This document shows positions 20,711 to 31,149 of a DNA stretch of 64,000 nt, in pieces. The notes under the pieces were generated by a model. That model searched no databases. It was not told the origin of the DNA and saw nothing but the letters and a program-made list of their open reading frames with translations. Location of the stretch: NCBI GenBank assembly GCA_049472335.1, contig JBLIRO010000019.1:1-64000 (forward strand). Reading direction: 5' to 3'. This stretch comes from a bacterium. Its GTDB lineage: Bacteria > SZUA-182 > DTGQ01 > JAFGSM01. The number at the start of each line of letters is the position of its first letter. Within the stretch, counting starts at the first letter, position 1. The translations under genes and the position numbers were made by a program.

Positions 20711-21889
20711 TTATAGTTTAACACGCTGTCCGGCACGTAAATCATGAATTGAATATTTGGTTCCCCTCCAGGTTATTCCTCCCTGTAATTTACACATGAT
20801 CCCCGAGTGTAATAACATCAATGAAATTACAAGTTGTCCGAGCGGGATGGAAAGTAAGGAGATAAATCTTTGCCTGAATTTCAATTTGTTTACGAGGGCT
20901 TCAATAACCACGAATATCAGTGGTGCTAAACCAAAAATCCAAAGGTAAGAGACTTTTTTAAAGGTTATAGCGACAAAAGGGGATAAAAACAGTAACCAGA
21001 ATAAGGCAAATATATATATCATCTTAATGAAACTGTATTGAGTGGCAGCTCCAAAGATATTTTTTTCAAGACCTTTGAACATGCTTTTGACCGATGGGTA
21101 CCAATTCAAAGAGATGTCATTTATGGAGACTATAAAAAGACTTTTTGCCCCTGAACGGCGGAGCATTAATCCCAGGCCCACATCATCAGCCGCCTCCATA
21201 CGAAGCCAGCTAAACCCTTCTGTTTTTTCCAGCGCTGTTTTTTTTACCAGATTAAAAGCTCCCGTTCCTACAAATGCTTTAGATTTGGGATTACTGACTT
21301 CAGGCGCCCTGGTCCCCTGGATAAACAAAGCTCCAAATGCTAAGACGATGATTTCCTGTATAATAGAAGATGTTTCCAGTTTAGGAACCAAGGTGAGGTG
21401 ATGGATCTTTTTTGAGAGAGCAAGGGCCATGGCCTTCCTGATCGTATCCTGCCGGAAATGAACATCCGCGTCCGTATAAAGTATCCAATCCCCGGTTGAA
21501 CTCTGCGTGCCAAGATTCAGGGCATATACCTTGCCAAGCCAGCCAGGAGGAAGGTCTTTAACATGAAAGGATTTTACTCGGCCATCTTTTTCAGCTATAT
21601 CGTCGATGATTTTTCCGGTTTTGTCTTTCGATCGATCATTTATCAGAATTATCTCAAGTTCGGGATACTTCTGCTCCAATAAAGTGGAAATTGCTGCTTC
21701 GATTGTGTCTGATTCATTGCATGCTGCGATTACCACACTAAGTTTTGGCCATTTTGCGGGTGTCGGCGGATCTTCCTTCTCAAGCAGGGAAATCCTGAAA
21801 ATCAGGTAAATCCGTTGGATGCTTAATATACACCATATAACACAAAATATAATACAATAGATTGAAATGACATAGTCTAATAAGGTCAT
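20711..21889 (-). CDS. Membrane glycosyltransferase, family 2
   Basis: LSVVIAACNE, INDRSKD, GWLGK, YTDAD, AADD and TWRG motifs; N- and C-terminal TM helices. Confidence 0.9.
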   Translation of the reverse strand: MTLLDYVISIYCIIFCVIWCILSIQRIYLIFRISLLEKEDPPTPAKWPKLSVVIAACNESDTIEAAISTLLEQKYPELEIILINDRSKDKTGKIIDDIAEKDGRVKSFHVKDLPPGWLGKVYALNLGTQSSTGDWILYTDADVHFRQDTIRKAMALALSKKIHHLTLVPKLETSSIIQEIIVLAFGALFIQGTRAPEVSNPKSKAFVGTGAFNLVKKTALEKTEGFSWLRMEAADDVGLGLMLRRSGAKSLFIVSINDISLNWYPSVKSMFKGLEKNIFGAATQYSFIKMIYIFALFWLLFLSPFVAITFKKVSYLWIFGLAPLIFVVIEALVNKLKFRQRFISLLSIPLGQLVISLMLLHSGIMCKLQGGITWRGTKYSIHDLRAGQRVKL

Positions 21890-22090
21890 GATTTTCCCTT
21901 AATTTTTACCATAATATATATGGTCTTTATACATAATATTTATGACCGCTTTATTTATATCGATATTATAAAACAATAAAAATTATAATTATTTTGATTA
22001 AATTTTTAAAAAAATCAAAATCTGTTCAAGGAATTTTATTGGTATATTTATTGCTACTTAATTAATAAAATCCTCATTTTAAGAGAAAAG

Positions 22091-22456
22091 ATGTCTATGA
22101 AAAATTTTCAATATAAATTACATGGACACCACTGGATAAATAACAGAATCACTATTATTCTCGTGTGTGTCTTTATCTCCCTCCTCTATCTTCAGGGGAA
22201 AAACTATGCTCAATGCGAGTGTAAATTTCCTGATGAGATTATGGACCTGCATTGCTTCTTTTCTTCACGTTTGTTTGAGGATGAGCTAACCATTAGCTCT
22301 GAAAGCCTGGAAGGCAGACAATTTGTATCGTATTTTGAAACCAAGATCTCATTTATCTATGTTTCCTATACAGTTAAAAATTCCTTTTTTCTTGAATGCC
22401 TTCATCTAAAGAATTCCAAAAGAAGATTATTTACACTTCAGCGTTACAATTCATGA
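22091..22456 (+). CDS. Small hypothetical protein with an N-terminal hydrophobic segment
   Basis: 121-aa ORF in AT-rich DNA; no family recognised. Confidence 0.4.
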   Translation: MSMKNFQYKLHGHHWINNRITIILVCVFISLLYLQGKNYAQCECKFPDEIMDLHCFFSSRLFEDELTISSESLEGRQFVSYFETKISFIYVSYTVKNSFFLECLHLKNSKRRLFTLQRYNS

Positions 22457-22895
22457 AATTTTGTTCCGGCTTTTTCAATAAAGCGGCCTCCTTCACTTCA
22501 ATCATAAACATAGACAAAGGATTAAATGTGAATAATCGCTTTTGATACTCCGGATCATAATACTACTGATCAAAATATGAAGCAAAATTGATGTATGCGT
22601 AAAAGGTCGTTTCGTCGTCTCCAGCCTTCTTTAAAAGGTCCAAAGCTTGCTTGGATGAGCTAAGAGCTTCAACATAGAATGCCAATGACTCCTTCAATGA
22701 CTTTTTTTACGGTCTTATCAATTTTATAACCGATACATTTTCAGTCCTTAATTAAATGAGGCTTTGCTCTTTTATCAATAAGTGACCAATAAGTGCTTTT
22801 ATTATTCATTCAGCCGCTTTACTTATTTTTATAAATCTATAAGAAACAGATATTATTCCCTGCGCTTAATGATAATTCTAAAAGGAGGTAATGAG

Positions 22896-23861
22896 ATGCA
22901 AAGGTTAGTGAGTGCCAGAAAATCAAGATTTATATGGATAGGATTTGTCGTTATATTATATTTGTTTCTGCTTTCTTATATATTTGTTTCTGCCGGCGAG
23001 GCATATTATGGCCTTTCCGGATTTGGCCTTTATGGCGGAATATACGGGGGATTAGGCTCATATGGCCTTGGGGGATTTTATGGAATGGGTCTTTATGGCC
23101 TGGGGGGAATCAATAGCCTGGGTGGATTATATGGCCTGGGTGGTTTTTATGGACTTGGGGGATTGTATGGTCTCGGTGGATTATGCGGCCCAAATGGATC
23201 ATGTAATCCCTTTGGTTTTGGAGGTTTGTATGGTATAGGTGGTTATTGTGGAATCGGAGGGATGTATGGATTGGGTGGCATCTATGGTCTTGGCAGTATG
23301 CTTTGTGGCCTTGGTGGGCTAGGTGGGCTCCTTAGTAATATAGGGCTTTTATCCAACGTTGGGACCCCCGGCATGATCACGAATACTATGCAGCAACCGG
23401 CTGCTTTAATGACAGCGGAACAAGCCGGTAGTTGGACCGGAATCTGGACAAGCCTTATTACTTTAAAAACAGGGCTTATGCAAATGACCCTTGTGGAGGA
23501 TGCATTGACGGGAATAATCAGCGGGGAGGTTAACCTGCTGCTGAACAAGGTTACAAACTCCATACCCGCGGATGTAACCGGATATTTGGCTGCTATAAGC
23601 CCTGGAAGCCTGGGTATTACCGGGACCGGCGGAGCGATATCTACTTTCGTCCTTTCCGGAAGCAATCAGGGCTTTTTTGGCACTACCACATTACTGCTCA
23701 TTCCAGCCCTTCCAAGCGCTATTTCTATTTATACCATAGATCTTGTTTGTATCATGACCAGCCCGGTTACAATGGTCGGAACGTATGATGTTCAGGACCT
23801 CTTAAAAGTGGAGGTTGATTCCGGAGAATTTGAGCTGACCCTGACTGCACCGATTATTTAA
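22896..23861 (+). CDS. Secreted protein with GGLYGL-type repeats and a C-terminal QAGxWxGxWxS beta domain
   Basis: AAGGAGG RBS before ATG 22896; signal peptide; Gly/Leu/Tyr hexapeptide tract; C-terminal domain similar to that of 35683-36480. Confidence 0.8.
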   Translation: MQRLVSARKSRFIWIGFVVILYLFLLSYIFVSAGEAYYGLSGFGLYGGIYGGLGSYGLGGFYGMGLYGLGGINSLGGLYGLGGFYGLGGLYGLGGLCGPNGSCNPFGFGGLYGIGGYCGIGGMYGLGGIYGLGSMLCGLGGLGGLLSNIGLLSNVGTPGMITNTMQQPAALMTAEQAGSWTGIWTSLITLKTGLMQMTLVEDALTGIISGEVNLLLNKVTNSIPADVTGYLAAISPGSLGITGTGGAISTFVLSGSNQGFFGTTTLLLIPALPSAISIYTIDLVCIMTSPVTMVGTYDVQDLLKVEVDSGEFELTLTAPII

Positions 23862-23877
23862 ATATTTTTTATTAAAA

Positions 23878-23919
23878 GCGGGCTGTCTGAAAGTCCAAAG
23901 ACAGCCCGCAATTTTTTTT
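23878..23919 (+). terminator. Intrinsic terminator
   Basis: GCGGGCTGTCT...AGACAGCCCGC followed by a T run. Confidence 0.8.
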
Positions 23920-24133
23920 GAGTGAGTACAAATAACAAAAACTTGCTTGCACTCCCATATTAGTTTAATTATACTAATAATAAACAATTAATTTAGAAAA
24001 AAACTGGACCGAATATTCATTAATATTCCATCTGCTGAATGTGCCGAGATAAGTGCTTTATTTGTTTTGATGTATTTTTTCCCCTCATGAGACAAAATAA
24101 GCTTATGTAAATGAAATTTTGGAGGGACTTTAA

Positions 24134-25432
24134 ATGATTATCTTATTAAGCGATCTTCATTTTATTGATGAATCTGCAGGAAAGCATAATATACCGCCGG
24201 AGGCTTTCAGGGGAGTCTTTAATGACATTAAGAATTATTTTGGGAAACCTTCAGAGGTAAAAATCGTATTTCTGGGAGATATCTTCGATCTCATAAGGAC
24301 TACTTATTGGCTTGACGTGGATGAGGACGAACGGCCCTGGGGAGATACCGAAGGAAAAGCCCTGGAAATAGAAAAACATGCCAATGAAATAATGAACAGA
24401 ATCATAATGATAAATGAGAGGACATTCGATTTCCTGTCAGGAGGCTTAAAAGAAATCTTCGGATTCGAACCTGAAAAGATCTATGTAATTGGAAATCACG
24501 ACAGGCTGTGTAATTTGTATCCGGCACTCAGAAAACGTATAAGGGAAACACTGGGTATCCAGGGAGGGTCCGAAGAATTTTCCTATGTCTTTGAAGATAA
24601 AGATCCGGAAAAAGACTACCTCATCTATGCTCTTCATGGGCATGAATTCGATCCCTGGAATTATGAGGGTGAATTGAATAGCGAGATTAAAGATTATACT
24701 CAGGTCCCCATTGGCGATCTTATAGCGTGCGAATTTGCATCGAGACTTCCTAAAACGGTTATTGATAATCTTAACCAAACGGTTTCTGAGGATCAAAAGA
24801 AAAAAATTCTAAGGAATTTCCAGGAAATTGACAATATCAGACCATTTTTTTCCATGTTAAAATGGATATTTTATCAGGTTGCCGACCAACCTGAATTGAG
24901 GAAAGCTATAGAAAAATCTCTGGATCAAATCGCGGATAATTTTGAGGGACTCAAATATTACAAAAAATGGCATGATAAACATGACAGGTTCCTCAGATTT
25001 GATATGGCCGATCAGGTCCAGGCCGTGATAGAAATTGCCAAACACCTGAAAGTCCGAACAGCAGAGAGAGTGCTCAGGATTTTTTCAAGGATATCCGGCC
25101 GAGGTTGGTCCATCTCTTTCGATAATTCTGATAAGAATCTGAACAAAGGAGCAAATGATTTCCTTGTTAATAAATCTGAATATCGTTCCATAGTAATGGG
25201 GCATACCCATACTCCTCTTCAGATGCCGGTTAGAATCACGAGTGAAAATCTTGAGCAGGTCTATATCAATACAGGTACATGGAGAAAAAGGTATATTTAT
25301 GGATCAACAGATGGTTTTATAGGCCTCAAGTATATCACATACGTGGTTTTTTATAACAAGGAGGAAAATCCCGGGCAATTCTTTGAGACCTGGACCGGAA
25401 CAGTGAAAGAAGACAGAAAGAAGCAGGGATAG
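24134..25432 (+). CDS. Calcineurin-like metallophosphoesterase
   Basis: LSDLH, LGDIFD, GNHD, HGH, GHTH and NTGTW motifs. Confidence 0.85.
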   Translation: MIILLSDLHFIDESAGKHNIPPEAFRGVFNDIKNYFGKPSEVKIVFLGDIFDLIRTTYWLDVDEDERPWGDTEGKALEIEKHANEIMNRIIMINERTFDFLSGGLKEIFGFEPEKIYVIGNHDRLCNLYPALRKRIRETLGIQGGSEEFSYVFEDKDPEKDYLIYALHGHEFDPWNYEGELNSEIKDYTQVPIGDLIACEFASRLPKTVIDNLNQTVSEDQKKKILRNFQEIDNIRPFFSMLKWIFYQVADQPELRKAIEKSLDQIADNFEGLKYYKKWHDKHDRFLRFDMADQVQAVIEIAKHLKVRTAERVLRIFSRISGRGWSISFDNSDKNLNKGANDFLVNKSEYRSIVMGHTHTPLQMPVRITSENLEQVYINTGTWRKRYIYGSTDGFIGLKYITYVVFYNKEENPGQFFETWTGTVKEDRKKQG

Positions 25433-25663
25433 TCGATTTTTATTTTAATACCCTATATATTCTGCTACCTGCAAGTTAGCTGCAATCTCAACTTCCATTC
25501 TTTGGCTCGCTATATAAGATGGCGTTCCTTTAACGCAGTTTTTACAATTTGAATTTCTGCTCGTTTTATATTGACAATAGATAGCCATGTAGTATAGTTT
25601 AATATTATGGTATACTTATTTATTGAAAACAATAAAAAGATTTATTAGAGGTTAAGAAGTATT

Positions 25664-27076
25664 ATGGAAAACGGGAGGTTTAAAAGTTCATGTCCTGTTT
25701 GGTCATTGAAATTGGTCCTTGTTGTTATAATCCTATTTCTCGCGCAGGGGTGTAAAACTACCAATCAAGGGCTTAAAACTTCATCGAAGGCAAGACCTAA
25801 TATAATTTTAATAAGTGTGGACGCCCTAAGACCCGATCACCTGGGCTGTTATGGTTATAAGAAACACACGAGCCCTAATGTGGATAAATTTGCCAAGGAA
25901 GGCTTACTGTTTAAAAGCTGTTTTTCACATGCTTCGGAAACAGGTCCATCATGTGCGAGCTTCTTGAGTGGGTTTTTACCTCATGAGACAAAGGTTACCA
26001 GAAACACTACGAGAGTTCATTCAAGCGTCCCTATGCTTGCTGACATTTTAAAACAGGCTGGATATAGGACCTGTGGAATAGTGAGTAATTATGTGTTGCG
26101 AAAAGAACAGGGTTTTGAACAGGGGTTTGATGTTTACGATGCTCAAATGGATGAGAGGGAATTGAACCGAAGAAATGTGTGTGAAAGGATTGCGGAAAAG
26201 ACCAGCGAATGTGTCATAAGCATCTTAAGCCAGCATTCCAGAGAGAATTTCTTTTTATGGGTCCATTATCAAGACCCGCATGGACCATATACGCCAAAGC
26301 CCCCTTATGACAATATGTTTTTTGACCCTAACAAAGAACCTGTTTATTTGAAGTTTAACGCTTCTTTCAGTGGAAGGAAAGGTATACCTTCTTATCAAAG
26401 ATTGCAAAACAATAATGATTATCATTATTACGTGTCACAATACGATGGTGAAATATGTTATTTTGATGAGCATTTTGGCCGGTTGGTAGCATTTTTAAAA
26501 CAGATCCATGTCTATGACAACAGCTTGATCGTTTTTACTGCGGATCACGGGGAATCTATGGGTGAACATGGCTGTTATTTTTCCCATGGCCATGGATTGA
26601 CAAACGATTTGATTCATGTACCTCTTATCATAAGATATAAGGATATGGCACAGGGAAGAAGAAAGGGGTTCGTGCAGCATTTGGATATTGTGCCTACCAT
26701 ACTGAAATTGGTAAACATTAAGGAACGTCTTCCCTACCGGGGGAAAGATCTTTTTGTTGAACAACCGGATCCGACAATTATCTTTTCCGAATTGAAGAGA
26801 CAGAATTTTTCTCTCATTTCCGGAAAGTTAAAGTTATTAATTTATGGCAATAGAGCATTTTTATTTGACATCCAAGAAGACTTTTTCGAGAATAAATCAC
26901 TTACCAATCATATTTTATATCAAAACCATCTCTATTATATGGTAAGCCAGGTAAAAGAAAACAAGAATGAGGATTTATTAGGGCTGGATACTTCTACTAT
27001 TGATGAAAAACCAAGATTGACAGAGGAGGAAAAGGAAAGACTTCGTTCCTTAGGATATATTGCCGTAGGTCAATAA
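25664..27076 (+). CDS. Sulfatase-like hydrolase/transferase (alkaline phosphatase superfamily), probable lipoprotein
   Basis: PNIILISVDALRPDHL, HYQDPHGPY, YDGEI, TADHGE, HVPLI, ERLRSLGY; lipobox LAQGC. The nucleophile region is TGPSC, not C/SxPxR. Confidence 0.85.
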   Translation: MENGRFKSSCPVWSLKLVLVVIILFLAQGCKTTNQGLKTSSKARPNIILISVDALRPDHLGCYGYKKHTSPNVDKFAKEGLLFKSCFSHASETGPSCASFLSGFLPHETKVTRNTTRVHSSVPMLADILKQAGYRTCGIVSNYVLRKEQGFEQGFDVYDAQMDERELNRRNVCERIAEKTSECVISILSQHSRENFFLWVHYQDPHGPYTPKPPYDNMFFDPNKEPVYLKFNASFSGRKGIPSYQRLQNNNDYHYYVSQYDGEICYFDEHFGRLVAFLKQIHVYDNSLIVFTADHGESMGEHGCYFSHGHGLTNDLIHVPLIIRYKDMAQGRRKGFVQHLDIVPTILKLVNIKERLPYRGKDLFVEQPDPTIIFSELKRQNFSLISGKLKLLIYGNRAFLFDIQEDFFENKSLTNHILYQNHLYYMVSQVKENKNEDLLGLDTSTIDEKPRLTEEEKERLRSLGYIAVGQ

Positions 27077-27326
27077 AAAGCATTTTAAGGATTTGTTAGT
27101 TACTAACTGAACTGAAATATATAACCAACCTTTTCTTAAGTAAAGCTCCGGAATTCCTAATTATGTTGCATACTTGTCATTTTTCTTTTCTAAAATAAAT
27201 AAAATGGGTAGAGGTTTGAATTTACACCGCATTAATTTCACATATCAATATTTTTCTTCTTACTCCATATTATATGCTATGAAATAAGATATCTAATTTA
27301 AACTGCTATTCCTTACATAAATATTA

Positions 27327-27887
27327 TCAGAATACAGGGAATGGAGGTGCCCCCCATAGAATCCCCGGTGCAAGTAAATCAAAGTAGCTTAATGCGCCTA
27401 CATTTGCCCCAAAGGCTGAAATATAAGCATTGTTGGCTATTAATGTAAGTAGATCAACATGTTCGAATGGTGGAATAAGAAATTCAAACCCTGCCGGTAA
27501 GGTATTAGGAACAATTACTCCTCCCGGCAGAAGATGATCAGGTGGCGGGAAGGTATTAAAACCGGTTAGGGCGTCAAAATAATAGACACCGCCGCCCAAA
27601 ATGGGAGGAGCATTATAGAGAAACCAGGGATGTATTTCATGGGTGTCCCATACAAAAACTGGTGAGACCGGTAATGCTGTTATGCTCGTAAGAGAGCTTA
27701 TTAAAGGAGTAGGAAGACCGGTAATTGCGTCTATCGGAGACAATGCTTCTGTCCACAAGGGCCATAAGACATTATAAGGGGGCATGCTCTGCCAATACTG
27801 TGCAGATGCTGTTTGTGTCATAACAAAAGTTATTGCCAAACTTACAATTAATAAAATAATAAATAACTGCTTTAAACTTCTATACAT
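27327..27887 (-). CDS. Secreted Pro/aromatic-rich hypothetical protein
   Basis: AAGGGAG RBS; signal peptide ending ASA|Q; mature N-terminus QYWQSMPPYNVLWPLW. Confidence 0.75.
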   Translation of the reverse strand: MYRSLKQLFIILLIVSLAITFVMTQTASAQYWQSMPPYNVLWPLWTEALSPIDAITGLPTPLISSLTSITALPVSPVFVWDTHEIHPWFLYNAPPILGGGVYYFDALTGFNTFPPPDHLLPGGVIVPNTLPAGFEFLIPPFEHVDLLTLIANNAYISAFGANVGALSYFDLLAPGILWGAPPFPVF

Positions 27888-28141
27888 TGGATTACACTCC
27901 CTTCATGACCAATGAATTAAAATCAATCCCTGCTTTTACGCTGCGGTATAAATCACCTCCTTTCTAAGAATTTGAATAATTGAAGGTTACCTCTACCCAT
28001 TTGATTTTTATTAAAACTAAATATCCGATATTAGAGCAATCCCCGGTCTGATTTACTGTAGGTTTCTAATTTGTATCTGTAATTAAAAAGATTTCGAAGT
28101 CCGGATATGGATTTGAGAGTTTCTCTGACGAAATATTTATC

Positions 28142-28639
28142 TCAAGACTTAATTACGGAAATCGATATGAATTGAAGAAGCGATGAATATGAACTGCTTT
28201 TTATTAAAAAAAAGGTAGGTTTTTTATTTTCTGAAACTATATTATTTGTTTTTAATGCAGGAGAAGGAAATATAAGCCGATGAGAAGGTCTGGTACACCG
28301 GAATAGAAATTGTAGAACATGAATAAAAAGCTGATTTTGGATAAGACCCGACCAAAGATCCAAAGATTTAAAGCAGAAGAAAAAACAGGGGAACTGATTC
28401 AAATTATTTTTTAATGAAAATATCTGATTAGGCAATTCCTTCATGGTCTCTGCCAAGATCTTGAATTTCTGATTATTGCTTAAATCTCCTCTAACTTCAA
28501 GGAACTCACAGATACCGATATGAGTGCAATGAACATATTCAGGAGCATCAAGAAAACTTAGCATACAAATAAAAACAACAATAGATATTCGAAAAAACAG
28601 AGAAAGAATATTCCTCTTTGGATTATTTGTAAACTGCAT
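28142..28639 (-). CDS. Hypothetical protein with an N-terminal hydrophobic segment
   Basis: 165-aa ORF in AT-rich DNA; no family recognised. Confidence 0.4.
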   Translation of the reverse strand: MQFTNNPKRNILSLFFRISIVVFICMLSFLDAPEYVHCTHIGICEFLEVRGDLSNNQKFKILAETMKELPNQIFSLKNNLNQFPCFFFCFKSLDLWSGLIQNQLFIHVLQFLFRCTRPSHRLIFPSPALKTNNIVSENKKPTFFLIKSSSYSSLLQFISISVIKS

Positions 28640-28836
28640 AAATGAATTTTTAACTGAAACTGAGAGTTCTATTACAAATAGTTGGATTTATTTAGACATT
28701 ATATGGTTACTATTATGACAAAAAATATTATTTAAAGCAAGCCAATAAATATATATCAAAGAAGAATATTTAATATTAATGTGGGCTAAAAAATTTTAGA
28801 TGGATAATGATGAAGAGAGATATAAACAAAGAATCA

Positions 28837-28882
28837 GGTTCGTCCGGCTAATAAGTCAAATCGGTTATTAGCCGGATGAACC
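28837..28882. terminator. 18-bp-stem hairpin downstream of the PEP-CTERM gene
   Basis: GGTTCGTCCGGCTAATAA-N10-TTATTAGCCGGATGAACC. Confidence 0.55.
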
Positions 28883-29023
28883 ATTTTAAACGACCTGCCT
28901 AACCTTCACTCTCACAGTCCGTTTATAATACCTCTATGGGGCTTTACTGCATTAGTTTTACTAATGCATTTTTTATAAATGTATTAAGCGCCTATTATAA
29001 TTAGCGCCTGTCTTATTTACATT

Positions 29024-29695
29024 TCAAGCTGCCTTTTTTTTAATACCAAAAAATCCGGCAAGTCCAAACAGAAACAGTATAAACGTTCCCGGTTCCGGTA
29101 TTGGATTCATCTTTAAAGAGCTTGAATAATAAACTGTACAATCATCGCTCTCAGGATCGGTGTGTGAGAGATAAAATCCCGATCTAGGGATAATGTCCGA
29201 TAAAACTAATGTTACTGTGGCGCTTTCATAAAGCGGGTCAAGCGTAAAATTCCAACCCATGGCCATGGAAACATCATCGGGCGTTGAAGAAGGAACAGCA
29301 TTAGTATTGTCCAAAGAGCCTGTCAAAAGGTTATCATAGATATCTCCGAATAAATACCCTGGCTCATCGATCTCCCACGATTGTCCTGTGTCCGGTGTCC
29401 CGTTTGCCGCGCCATATTCATTAAAGAAGGTGTTGATTGCTTCATCGATCTCGTAATCGAAGAAGGCAATAAATGTGTGAGGTCCAGCTATATCTGTAGT
29501 CCAGGTCAATATTCCGAGATCGGAAGCGGGATCCAATGTCCCAAGAGTTGGCATAGAATCTCCCGCAAAATTTTCATATATCGTGCCGTCAATATAAAAG
29601 GCCCAGTCAAAAAGGTCGATTTTAGCCGAAGACGCGGGTGAAACAACGATGCCGATGAATAATAGTGTAAAAACAAGAATGTAAAATTTCTTCAT
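29024..29695 (-). CDS. PEP-CTERM sorting domain protein
   Basis: GGAGG RBS before ATG 29695; signal peptide; C-terminal PIPEPGT, TM helix and KKK. Confidence 0.9.
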   Translation of the reverse strand: MKKFYILVFTLLFIGIVVSPASSAKIDLFDWAFYIDGTIYENFAGDSMPTLGTLDPASDLGILTWTTDIAGPHTFIAFFDYEIDEAINTFFNEYGAANGTPDTGQSWEIDEPGYLFGDIYDNLLTGSLDNTNAVPSSTPDDVSMAMGWNFTLDPLYESATVTLVLSDIIPRSGFYLSHTDPESDDCTVYYSSSLKMNPIPEPGTFILFLFGLAGFFGIKKKAA

Positions 29696-29929
29696 TTTAT
29701 CACCTCCAAGGATTCTTACCCACTGCGTTAACATATGAAAGTGAACAAATTTTCAACTTCGAATCCCTCCTAACCTTTTTGCTTCTCATTTGGTTTAAAG
29801 ATTTAATAGTCACCTATTAAACAATCAAAATATGAAGCAGGGTGGACCTTTGGTTCTTTATGTACCTCCTTAAATGGTGTCTAAATATGATAAGCTTTTT
29901 AGCGTAAAAAGCTTTATCAATCTTATGAA

Positions 29930-31087
29930 TCAATACATATGTTTTGTGACTGATTCATTTTTATAAATTGATTTATTAATAACACAGTACTTTTCTAACC
30001 TTTTTCTTACCCATTCGATCTCCGAGACAATAGAATCTGTAACCGGAGGTTTTGGCTCCGGTAATGCATTGAATGTATAAGTCTCTATTTCAAAGTGTTT
30101 ACCGCCTGCAAGAAAAGATTCTTTGAAAAAGTTATCTTCGATAATGTTTGCAGTTGATGAAATACCCCTTCCGGACCAGGATAAAGGGACATGAAAATGA
30201 ACGCGCCATTCACCATAAGGTGCAGTTGATATGGCTTCCGGAAGGTCTTTGTATCTAAGGATATGGGAACTTACTGAAATGCGTGTCTGGTGCAAATATC
30301 TTTTATCATCGAAAGGGAGAAACATCTGTCTCAGGCTTTTTTGATTTTCGGGAATTGCTCGCAGCGCAGCAGAAATTTGTATTTTTGGTATCTTTATATG
30401 CGCTTGATAAAGTTTTTCGATCCATAAAAGAGGGGATTCAAATTCAACAATAGTATGAGAAGTATCCAGACATATGCCTAAATGGTTTTGTGCGGATTGC
30501 CTGGCTGAATAAAGCCTAGTGAAAAAATCCAAAGTGGACGCCAGATCGTCCAGGTAACAATCCGGTTCAGGTTCCAGAGCAAGTATAATATGTTTTCCGG
30601 TTATTTCCTTTATCTTTGAGAGGGAGTCGGCAATTGATAATAAATTGGCAAAAGCTGACGGTTTTTCTTTTTTTCCATAGAAGCAAGGCACGGTTGATAT
30701 TGTTCCTGTTTCCCCTTCAGGCAAGAGATCGGCCAGAATCCTTGCGAGATAAAGTGAATAGGATACCCTTTCATAGGATGACCAATCAGGCAAATAGACA
30801 TTCTGTTTGATTATACTCCCATGAAATGGACCAAAGGGAAAACCATTAATACTAACCACATACATATTATGTCTGCGAAGGAATGTTTTAAAATCTTTGA
30901 CTTGAGGCAAGAGTTCATGCGCAGCAATTGCAGAAAGTCTTAATCCCAAAGCAAATGGCTTGTGGGGAGAGACCCTTTTTTTCACCTGTAACGAATAATC
31001 TTTAATGGCAGCCAGATTTTCATCCCAGTATTCACCGGGATGTATATTCAGGCAGTACATTAAGTGATTATTATTTTCTAATTTCAT
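29930..31087 (-). CDS. eboE: EboE-like TIM-barrel (xylose isomerase-like) protein
   Basis: YCLNIHPGE, GLRLS, NGFPFGPFH, VYLPDW, ALEPEPDC, KIQISAAL, YLHQ, EWRVHFHVP, EIETYT. Confidence 0.9.
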   Translation of the reverse strand: MKLENNNHLMYCLNIHPGEYWDENLAAIKDYSLQVKKRVSPHKPFALGLRLSAIAAHELLPQVKDFKTFLRRHNMYVVSINGFPFGPFHGSIIKQNVYLPDWSSYERVSYSLYLARILADLLPEGETGTISTVPCFYGKKEKPSAFANLLSIADSLSKIKEITGKHIILALEPEPDCYLDDLASTLDFFTRLYSARQSAQNHLGICLDTSHTIVEFESPLLWIEKLYQAHIKIPKIQISAALRAIPENQKSLRQMFLPFDDKRYLHQTRISVSSHILRYKDLPEAISTAPYGEWRVHFHVPLSWSGRGISSTANIIEDNFFKESFLAGGKHFEIETYTFNALPEPKPPVTDSIVSEIEWVRKRLEKYCVINKSIYKNESVTKHMY

Positions 31088-31149
31088 AATCCTAAATTTT
31101 TAGTAAAAATGTTTAAATGCATATCCGCTCAAATCAATTTTTCATATCA

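Noticed and set aside
22445..22710. Minus-strand coding-like stretch (SLKESLAFYVEAL...EKAGTKFHEL) with two in-frame stops
   Set aside because: No start codon and no recognisable family; it may be a gene relic but cannot be supported.
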